Part shown: piece by piece, positions 56,190 through 64,000 of the stretch
Numbering within the stretch: the first letter of the stretch is position 1
Layout of the letters: the number at the start of each line of letters is the position of its first letter
DNA from: Nematocida ausubeli
Taxonomy: Eukaryota
Reading direction: 5' to 3'
DNA: 64,000 bases
NCBI RefSeq assembly: GCF_000738915.1
Contig: NW_026515634.1
Span: forward strand, 599,156-663,155
Program-made: the position numbers and the translations under genes
Notes under the pieces: model-generated
What the model was told of the DNA's origin: nothing
The model's database searches: none
The model's input: only the letters and a program-made list of their open reading frames with translations

Positions 56190-57203
56190 ATGAAGAGTAA
56201 TGGAAGTGGAAGGAGTATTTCCCATATAGTAACACACGATGGGGCATTCCATTTGGATGACGTACTGGCATGCTTTATTCTACGGGTAATATACCCAAAT
56301 GCAAAAATAACCAGAACCAGAGACCCAGAGAAGATTAAAACAGGAGACATTGTAGTAGATGTAGGGGCTGAATTTAATGAAAAGACGTTAAGGTACGATC
56401 ACCATCAAAGGGGCTTCAAAGAGACATATAATGAATCAAATAATATAATATTAAGTAGTGCAGGATTAGTCTATAAATATCACGGACTAGAATTCATTAA
56501 GAAATTAGGCTTAGATTTACCAATTGACTTCAACTATTCTATGCTCATGGAGATACTCTATGACACGTACTTTGTCTCAGTGGATGCAAATGATAATGGT
56601 GTTGATATAGCAGATGAAGTAAAATATAATGAAAGATCGTTAGATAATGTGATTAGATCCTTTGTACCATGTGATATACCAGAAGGAACTTCCTTTGAGA
56701 GGGCTAGTATCATGAGATATCAAGCATTCGAGAGTGCAATGGAGTATATTGGTCAGGATCTATTAAGACACTGCAAGAATATGATATTTCAAATAATAAA
56801 GAACAGCAGAGCCACACAGGAATGCTTCAATTCCATGAAGGATCCATCTGCCAGGTACTTGGTCATGGAGGGTGGTAAGTTCCCAGTACGTGAGATACTT
56901 TATTATTATAACGGTCTTTTACAAAGGAATGTTTCAATTGTGATCTACCAAGTTTCAGGTAGAAATTCATACACCTATAAGATAATATGTCTCCCAAAGA
57001 AGGGAGTTAAATATACGCCAGAAATACCGTTATGTGAAGAATGGCGTGGTATAAGGGATGAAGAACTCCAGAAATATCCTAATATGATGGGTGCCATGTT
57101 CGTGCATGGGACAGGATTCTGTGGGGAAGCAAATAATTTAAAAACTGCAATTTACATGGTAGAGAGATCGATTGAAGTGCACCTGAATAGTAAAATTGAA
57201 TAA
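56190..57203 (+). CDS. MYG1: MYG1 exonuclease family protein
   Basis: THDGAFHLDD, RTRD, VVDVG, YDHHQ, LSSAGLVY, VDANDNG, FVHGTGF. Confidence 0.93.
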   Translation: MKSNGSGRSISHIVTHDGAFHLDDVLACFILRVIYPNAKITRTRDPEKIKTGDIVVDVGAEFNEKTLRYDHHQRGFKETYNESNNIILSSAGLVYKYHGLEFIKKLGLDLPIDFNYSMLMEILYDTYFVSVDANDNGVDIADEVKYNERSLDNVIRSFVPCDIPEGTSFERASIMRYQAFESAMEYIGQDLLRHCKNMIFQIIKNSRATQECFNSMKDPSARYLVMEGGKFPVREILYYYNGLLQRNVSIVIYQVSGRNSYTYKIICLPKKGVKYTPEIPLCEEWRGIRDEELQKYPNMMGAMFVHGTGFCGEANNLKTAIYMVERSIEVHLNSKIE

Positions 57204-57287
57204 TTGAATAAATTTAAGCATCTGAGTCAGCTGAGTCTAAGAGTATTTCAGACAGTTAAATTTTTCAAAGAGTGAAAATTTTTTAGA

Positions 57288-57923
57288 ATGGCAGGAGGAG
57301 AGACACAAAAGGCAAAAAAAGAAAGAATTGACAATGTTCTGTCAAATGTTGGGGCATACCAAAGAATATACAAGCTATTATGCGACAACAAGACAGCCTT
57401 CGTGCAGAAGCTGAAGAGAGACTTCAGAAGTGTAAAGTCTGAGCTGTTCTTTGGAAAGTACAAGATGATAGAAAAAGTACTATCAAGAACACTGGACCCA
57501 GAGCAAATGACCAGCCTCAGAGGGACAGTTGAGTACAAGAAGTCAGATAAGGTATTTTTATACCTTCTGACAGATTTACCCCAGGAGAAGATCCAGAGCA
57601 TAGTTGAAAAAGTCACTCACTTCGACTACGAAAGAAAAGGAGACACTCTGTGCAAGGATATTGTCATTCCAGTGGGAGAACTTCTTAATGAAGAAAGTGT
57701 TAAAGTATCAAACACTCTTTTCAAGGAGATACAGGCACTAGGAATACAGAATATCATTATTAACCCAAAGACAAACTCAATAGAAGTAACTGAACAGATT
57801 GTTCTAGCCAGGAAAGGAGAGCACATGACAGAAGAACAAGAGAAGATGGCAAAGATACTTGGTCTGAAGAACAAGAGACACGGTGCAACAATTGTTGGGC
57901 GTGCTGAAATACCACAAGAATAA
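57288..57923 (+). CDS. MRT4: Ribosome assembly factor Mrt4 (uL10 paralogue)
   Basis: LFFGKYKMIEKVL, LTDL, DYERKG, GEHMTEEQEKMAKILG; lacks the acidic P0 tail. Confidence 0.8.
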   Translation: MAGGETQKAKKERIDNVLSNVGAYQRIYKLLCDNKTAFVQKLKRDFRSVKSELFFGKYKMIEKVLSRTLDPEQMTSLRGTVEYKKSDKVFLYLLTDLPQEKIQSIVEKVTHFDYERKGDTLCKDIVIPVGELLNEESVKVSNTLFKEIQALGIQNIIINPKTNSIEVTEQIVLARKGEHMTEEQEKMAKILGLKNKRHGATIVGRAEIPQE

Positions 57924-57994
57924 AGACCTTAATAATCACATATACACCTTCAGGTACTGCATATTACTCGATTGAAAGTCTATTTTAGGGTATG

Positions 57995-58335
57995 AATTTA
58001 ACGGTATTTTAGATTTTATAGATAATGTAACGGTATTTTATATTTTATAGTAGTAATGTAACGGTATTTTAATGGGAGAATATACTGGTATTTTAATGGT
58101 AATATACTGGAATATTCTGTTCTTATAGTAGTAATGTGACAGTATTATATAATGGCAGTAATGTAACGGTATTTTAATGATAATTTAACAGCAATTTAAT
58201 GATAATCTAACGGAAATATTCTATTAATTTAACGGAAATCTAATGGAAATACTCTTATAACAGTGAAATATTCTATTAATACAACAAGAATATAACGGAA
58301 ATATAAAATAACTTAACAGTGAAATATTCTATTAC
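57995..58335. repeat. Degenerate tandem repeats (AATGTAACGGTATTTT and variants)
   Basis: Direct inspection. Confidence 0.7.
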
Positions 58336-58576
58336 TATACCAGTATATAACCATATACCCCCATTATATTAGTCTATAAAATTCAACAGACACATTTATT
58401 CTAGAATATACTATACTACAGTGCACTTCTTAATAAGAACCATATACTTATCATCTCTTAATAAGCAACGTATACTTATGTGTATTCTGTAAGATATGAA
58501 TTATTTATTAACGGATTTAATATAACCCGAAAAAGAATTTATCTATATTTAACTGGCATATTATCCAATGTACTCC

Positions 58577-59350
58577 TTAATTCTTTATCTTTTTTATCGT
58601 TAATTTAAAGGGTTTTATGGGCTCTTTTCTTTCTATACTCTCTGAGTGTATCTTTTGCACCGTTATTTTCATCTTTTTATTATGTGTCCAGTTCATGCCT
58701 GCCTTCACACTTGCCAGAATCTCCTTTATCTCTTGTTTTGTCACTTTTTGAATTATTTTCTTCTTATTTTTCAATAATTCCGTTTTTTCCACTTTCCTTC
58801 TACTGAACAAAAGTGTTCCATTTGTTAAATCCCGGCTGGAGCAAAGTATCACCATTATATCCTCAATAGATGAATTTGGTGCATGATAAAGTGCCCTACT
58901 AATCGGTTCATCAGGTACTTTACCAAAACAACTTGTAATCCCAGGGTACATCTCAATGGTCCTTTTATATTCTCCATTTTTTGCCTCTTTATGACCCACT
59001 GCCATGGACTCATACCCAATTCCTGCTAGTATCCCATGCCAGTAACCAGACAAATCAACAGAGTGAGATATTTGCTTATGTGTCTCAATGTACTTGCATG
59101 GGACAGGACGAGAATACAAGAATACTTCAGGACCATCCAAAGTACATAAGATACTCCTTAGATTCTCCATGAGAATCATCCTAGAGAGACCTTTCACTTG
59201 TGCTGTGCTTTCAAACCTCTTTATATAAAGGACCCTCTGCTTCTTATATGAAAGCATACTGCATATACTCATTGGTATTCCATTCATATATGAAATTGCA
59301 TATATTCTAGTACCAGTAGTAATAAGTGCACTTTCCACAGTGTACTCCAT
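58577..59350 (-). CDS. RTT109: Rtt109-like histone acetyltransferase
   Basis: LYIKRFEST, FLYSRP, LSGYW and VPDEPISR resemble Rtt109 motifs (SKADT, LFxRP, LxKWW, FPDDPKAR). Confidence 0.55.
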   Translation of the reverse strand: MEYTVESALITTGTRIYAISYMNGIPMSICSMLSYKKQRVLYIKRFESTAQVKGLSRMILMENLRSILCTLDGPEVFLYSRPVPCKYIETHKQISHSVDLSGYWHGILAGIGYESMAVGHKEAKNGEYKRTIEMYPGITSCFGKVPDEPISRALYHAPNSSIEDIMVILCSSRDLTNGTLLFSRRKVEKTELLKNKKKIIQKVTKQEIKEILASVKAGMNWTHNKKMKITVQKIHSESIERKEPIKPFKLTIKKIKN

Positions 59351-59424
59351 GCACTACAAATATTTTCAGATTTTATCCAGTATAAGTTAGTCTTGTTGTA
59401 TTGTATATACTATTATTTAGTATA

Positions 59425-59962
59425 TATTGTAGATATATTGTAGACTAAGTATAGTATAAATACATCTGTAGACTAAGTATAGACTAATTATATTGTAGAT
59501 ATATTGTAGACTAAGTATGATATAGATATACTGTAGACTAAGTATACTGTAGACTAATTATAGACTAATTATACTGTAGATATATTGTAGATACACTGTA
59601 GAGTAAATATATTGTAGATATACTGTAGACTAAGTATAGTATAAATATTCCAGATATAAGAAAATATTCCAGCTATACTGTAGACTAAATATACTGTAGA
59701 CTAAATACACTGTAGACTAAGTACAACACAAGAAAATATTTCAGAAATAATATACTCCAGATATACTGTAGACTGAATATGAACTAAATATAAGAAAATA
59801 TTACATATATAGTATGAACTAGACTAAATATAATATACTCTAGATATAATATAGACTAGATACAAGAAAATATTCCAGATATACTGTAGACTAAGTTTAA
59901 TATACTGTAGACTAAGTCTAATATACTCCGGATATAATATACTTCAGATATACTGTAGACTA
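59425..59962. repeat. Minisatellite of (ATAC)TGTAGACTAA units with variable spacing
   Basis: More than 12 imperfect copies by eye. Confidence 0.85.
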
Positions 59963-60097
59963 ATACCCCTAAACATACACCAAATACCCCTAAACATACA
60001 CTTATTCTCACTGTAATATTGTAATATCCCCTAGTATATGGATATAACCAGTTGAACCAAAAAATAACTGACTATAATTTAATGAGAATACTTTGAT

Positions 60098-60661
60098 TTA
60101 TTTAGGTACCTTATCCTTGACTATATACCGGAAGGATGACTTATCCTTTAGGGACTCATCATTTCCTTTGAAGGTCACTGGGATTGCATGTTTTAATTCT
60201 AACTTATCCCGGATCTCCTTCTCCTGTGCTGCCATTTCCTCTTCTGTCCCGCATGTCTTTGTCCAAAGGGAAAGAATTGTATGGTGCCCTCTTACACTCA
60301 CTACAATCCCATTCACTTCCATTGAGGCAAAGGGAACAAGAGCCATCCACACAAAGAGACTCTCAAATAGTCTCTGCTCTGCTGTGTTCTTCTTTATTTT
60401 AATAATCCACTTACCACCATTTATATTGCATGGATCCTCCCACATAGGCTCAATCCCACTCTTAAACAATGATAAGTCTGTGATTGGCTTAATTTCCTGC
60501 AATTTCTGCATTCTTCTAATGAGGTACAGGAATTCTTCTTTTGTTTCAATAATTGCTTCCTGCTTGATCTTGCTTTTAAAGTCTTCAGTGTCCCCTTTAA
60601 CTGTCATGCACCGGAATACAGAAGAAAGAATAAGAGTAGATGCTAGCTTCTGACTGTTCAT
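60098..60661 (-). CDS. eIF4E-family cap-binding protein (divergent)
   Basis: SLFKSGIEPMWEDPCNINGGKW, GIVVSVR, LSLWT. Confidence 0.9.
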   Translation of the reverse strand: MNSQKLASTLILSSVFRCMTVKGDTEDFKSKIKQEAIIETKEEFLYLIRRMQKLQEIKPITDLSLFKSGIEPMWEDPCNINGGKWIIKIKKNTAEQRLFESLFVWMALVPFASMEVNGIVVSVRGHHTILSLWTKTCGTEEEMAAQEKEIRDKLELKHAIPVTFKGNDESLKDKSSFRYIVKDKVPK

Positions 60662-60701
60662 AATAAAAAATATTTAATCGGCAGCAAAATACTTTAGAAG
60701 A

Positions 60702-61292
60702 CTAATGGACTCTTTTATTTGGGATATAATTGGAAAGTAATGATTCAGCTGTAGGGAACTGGGTTGCACTGATTATAGTGAATGTATTCTGATGGGAGAC
60801 TGCGAAGACTAGAGATTCTGTCTCTAAGGCACTAAATATTTCTGAAGAAAAAGTATGGAATGGTGTGACTATGAGTAGGTGTGAAATATGAGTGGATATT
60901 TTTCTGTTGAAATTCTTATCTGGCTGGTATAACTTATAGAAGTACTTTGTATAGATATTTAAATTAGATCTAGATATATCATTGGGTACTTCTGTCTTTA
61001 TATCTTCTTTAATGAGTATCCAGCCACTTCTTCTAATTGCATGGTACGTTAAGAAGTGAATATATCCTGCCTGAGTGGCATATATTTCTGCTGCATGTAT
61101 CTCTTCATTTGTTACTGCTACATCATAAAGGACTTCTTCTATGGTTAGTGTAAGTTCATTCCTTTTTACTCCGCACTTTCTGAACTCTTGTCTGCCTGGG
61201 TCCTTTGGTGTATAATTTTCACCTATTTTCACAAATCTATCATTAATTCTATTCTGTATCTCATTTATTAATCTGTTCTTTGTACTGTTCAT
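60702..61292 (-). CDS. tRNA-splicing endonuclease subunit, Sen54-like
   Basis: LTIEEVLY, FLTYHAIRRSGWIL, YKLYQPDKNFNRK. Confidence 0.55.
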   Translation of the reverse strand: MNSTKNRLINEIQNRINDRFVKIGENYTPKDPGRQEFRKCGVKRNELTLTIEEVLYDVAVTNEEIHAAEIYATQAGYIHFLTYHAIRRSGWILIKEDIKTEVPNDISRSNLNIYTKYFYKLYQPDKNFNRKISTHISHLLIVTPFHTFSSEIFSALETESLVFAVSHQNTFTIISATQFPTAESLLSNYIPNKRVH

Positions 61293-61539
61293 ATAATGTC
61301 CTTGTATTTTTATGAGTTTTAGTGCAGGGGTCTACCATAATGGCAATTTCTGCATTTTCGTATGGAATATGTGAGAATATACTACGGTCTTCATCAAGTG
61401 CTTCTTTTGACTTAATAATTAGCATATCTATATCAGTTGGTGAGATTGGTTTATCCTGTCTCTTCTTCTTTTCTTGTCTTTTAATTTCTTTTTCCTTGTG
61501 GACAACCAGTTTCTTCTTCTTCCCGAAGTCAATTAGCAT
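61261..61539 (-). CDS. Hypothetical basic protein
   Basis: 92-aa ATG-initiated ORF; 3' end overlaps the next gene by 32 bp. Confidence 0.55.
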   Translation of the reverse strand: MLIDFGKKKKLVVHKEKEIKRQEKKKRQDKPISPTDIDMLIIKSKEALDEDRSIFSHIPYENAEIAIMVDPCTKTHKNTRTLYEQYKEQINK

Positions 61540-61563
61540 GAATATTTTTTTGCATTGAATTTT

Positions 61564-63228
61564 ATGCCTTCAAGTGTTTATGTTAGAAGAATTCAAGAAC
61601 TCCTTGGGGAGATATGCGAGATATCACTTTTTCTGATGCCCCCACAGGAAATATCCCTTCATCCTTGTGACTGGCTGGAGGAAGACATGAAGCATTTGGT
61701 TTTGGAAATTGAAGAAATTAAGAGAAGACTCCTTCTGGAGACAGAAGAGAAAAGGAGTGAAATTAACTTAATGGCAGAGAGAAAGAAGGAACTTATCTCT
61801 GCCTTAGGGGAGATGGAGGAAGAAAAGGAAGGTATTTGGATATCTGAGAGAAATTTGCATGTGAAGGCTTCTTTACTTCAGAAAGAACTCTTAGGATTAT
61901 CTGTACGGTATGAAGAACAAGTTAAGGAATTTTCGGAAGTAGCAGATGCCATACGGATAAAAATGGAAGAACTAGATGAATATATACAGGATACTGATGC
62001 TTGCACTGAAATACTTTCAGTTAAGGTTGTTAAAAAAACAACAATTATCGAAGGAAAAAGACTTCTTAGTAGGCTAGTACAAAGACAGGATGAAATAAAG
62101 GCAGAAACACAAAGGAAAATAGAGAGTACTAAGGAGATGCTTTTTAAGCTGGGAATTAGCTTGAGTGAATCTACGGGTGAGAATCTGCTGGTGGATCTAT
62201 CAAATCTGGAGGAGCACTTGGATTTAATATCCTGTGAGGTGCAGTCGTATAATTATACTGTAAATAAGATAGAAATAACTCCAGAAAATAGCTCCAATGG
62301 TACCCCCTTAAAAGATGCAAAGAATATCCTTTCAGAAGGAAGGTGCAAAGTGCCTCAGGTGACAGTTAATTTAAAGGGAATTAATGAAATATTTTCAGAC
62401 CCTTCAGTGATTAATAATCCCTTCATGTGCAAATATAAGATAAAAATGAAATCTGAAGAGATTGAAATATTTTCATCGTTGAATGATCTGTCATTTTCAG
62501 CTGCAAAGAAGATAGAAATGAAGGTCAGCAGGATATCGCAGTCTGCCCAGGAGTTGTACGCTTTATTGGAGATGCGCCTGGGCTTCCTTTCAAATAAAGT
62601 GGAAATCTCAAAGACAGAAATTCCCCAGGATATTTCCGTAATAGAAAGAATATTTGTGCTGAAGAAGTGGATTGAGCAGATTGAGCAAGAGTATAAGCAA
62701 AGGATCCATGATATTTTCACACAGAAAAAGGAAGAATTCCAAGTGGTCATAAAAAAGCTCCTGGAAATAAAGAAGAAAGACACTCCACGGGTACTACACC
62801 CGGATACAATCACAGATCTACGGTTCACACAGCAGGAGCAGATTCTGAACTCTCTGGAGGAAGAAATTGCAGCTGCAGAAAGTGAATATGAAATACTCAG
62901 AAATATCCAGGCATTTGCGCAAGAGAGAAGAGAACTTCTTTTGAAGATGTCTGCCTTTGAGGAGCAAGCAAGTGATCCACTCAGACTCTTCAGAAGTTCA
63001 TTCCAGTTGAACTCTGAGGAGAAGTTCCGGAAAATGGCAGTCCCTACACTCCTGCGGGTTGAAAAGGAAATATTCGCCTTAGCAGAGCAATATGCAGAGA
63101 AGTTCTCTAATAAGCCCATTGTAATCGAAGAGAAAGAGATAATTTCAGAACTAAAAGATGAAATATCCAACCGAATAATCAACGCAAATACATTCATGAA
63201 AGGAAGAACCACAAAAACAAACAGATAA
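61564..63228 (+). CDS. ASE1: Microtubule cross-linker Ase1/PRC1/MAP65
   Basis: Coiled coil plus FEEQASDPLRLFRSSFQLNSEEKFRK...PTL signature; ATG 61564. Confidence 0.85.
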   Translation: MPSSVYVRRIQELLGEICEISLFLMPPQEISLHPCDWLEEDMKHLVLEIEEIKRRLLLETEEKRSEINLMAERKKELISALGEMEEEKEGIWISERNLHVKASLLQKELLGLSVRYEEQVKEFSEVADAIRIKMEELDEYIQDTDACTEILSVKVVKKTTIIEGKRLLSRLVQRQDEIKAETQRKIESTKEMLFKLGISLSESTGENLLVDLSNLEEHLDLISCEVQSYNYTVNKIEITPENSSNGTPLKDAKNILSEGRCKVPQVTVNLKGINEIFSDPSVINNPFMCKYKIKMKSEEIEIFSSLNDLSFSAAKKIEMKVSRISQSAQELYALLEMRLGFLSNKVEISKTEIPQDISVIERIFVLKKWIEQIEQEYKQRIHDIFTQKKEEFQVVIKKLLEIKKKDTPRVLHPDTITDLRFTQQEQILNSLEEEIAAAESEYEILRNIQAFAQERRELLLKMSAFEEQASDPLRLFRSSFQLNSEEKFRKMAVPTLLRVEKEIFALAEQYAEKFSNKPIVIEEKEIISELKDEISNRIINANTFMKGRTTKTNR

Positions 63229-63649
63229 TCAGCTTGTTAATAGACCTAAGCAAGTACTCCCACGAATAAACTGCATTCTGTCTTCATTTATTTTCACTCT
63301 TGCAAATTCTTGTTTCTTCATATTTATTGATTTATTTAATTCTGCTGTCTCTTCATACGTGCACCCGGATATTCGACTTGCATGTATTCATTATCACTTC
63401 ACTCATAGTCTGGTCTTCTTCTGGGTGTTTTTATCTTATTCTGGCTAGTTACGGGTACTTTTTGTCTTTGAGAATTTTCACTTCGTATGGTTCTTTGACA
63501 GTACTCTTAGACCACACAATTTGAATATGCTGGGTACACCAGTATTTCATCGACTGCATCCCTTGCGATATCTTGTATAACCCATTAAACTATCACTTTC
63601 AAAATAATTTCTACCATAAACTAACCAAAAACCAACTCAAAACCATAGA

Positions 63650-64000
63650 TTACTCCACTGAAACATCTTCCATTTTCACCCACTCCTTCTCCTTCACCTC
63701 CTTCCTCTTCCTGGGTACCTTTCTAAGCGTACTCAGCAGAAGAATATCTTCCAAAAAGGGTATTTCCACTTGAGACTCACAAGGCGTGCAATGCAGCGTA
63801 CTAAGCCTCTTCCTATTCAGCATATGCTCATAGTCCCGCATATTATTACGTATTAAATAGTCAGTTTTAACAGGATTTATCTCCAAAATAGGATCTTCCA
63901 TCTTCACACCCTGCAATAACCCGAATATTTCATGAGGTTCAGACACATTCCCATCTACCACACAGATATTAGCACGTTCTTTAAGGTGTTCCTGTACATC
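63650..64000 (-). CDS. Hypothetical protein, 5'-truncated by window edge
   Basis: The frame of ORF 63650..63961 stays open to position 64000 (DVQEHLKERANIC...). Confidence 0.6.
   Translation of the reverse strand, partial: DVQEHLKERANICVVDGNVSEPHEIFGLLQGVKMEDPILEINPVKTDYLIRNNMRDYEHMLNRKRLSTLHCTPCESQVEIPFLEDILLLSTLRKVPRKRKEVKEKEWVKMEDVSVE

Noticed and set aside
59425..59962. CRISPR-like appearance of repeated TGTAGACTAA with variable spacers
   Set aside because: Eukaryotic context, repeats short and degenerate, spacers themselves repetitive and irregular, no cas genes.
62355..63212. 285-aa antisense ORF (also 54124-54795, 9986-10567, 25366-25941, 60093-60653)
   Set aside because: Shadow ORFs opposite well-supported genes, with Ser/Phe/Ile-rich composition typical of reversed Glu/Lys codons.

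Overview
Gene-dense eukaryotic DNA with no visible introns, very likely from a microsporidian and most consistent with Nematocida (inferred from short, divergent fungal-type housekeeping genes and a 1015-aa protein resembling Nematocida large gene family 1). About 37 CDS can be supported: AGC kinase, exportin-like karyopherin, Utp13, DGAT/ACAT-type MBOAT, C2H2 zinc finger, MLH1, acetyl-CoA synthetase, APC10, E2F, Med18, TFB5, Pus7, eRF1, DRG1, V-ATPase E, Arp5, proteasome beta3, MYG1, Mrt4, Rtt109-like, eIF4E-family, Sen54-like, Ase1 and several lineage-specific secreted or membrane proteins. The most interesting signals are non-coding: (1) a TATA-preceded ~150-nt GC-rich segment with stacked G-U-containing helices at ~4612-4763, a candidate ncRNA; (2) a TAACCCGAA motif recurring in many long intergenic regions; (3) five copies of a ~290-bp solo-LTR-like repeat plus a Gag-like relic; (4) head-to-head genes whose start codons are only 9-48 bp apart; (5) a 55-aa ORF missed by the ORF track; (6) an MLH1 whose conserved terminal Cys position is a TGA, in frame with the downstream ACS gene. 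No rRNA, tRNA or CRISPR array was recognised. All protein assignments are by eye from motifs; no database searches were run.
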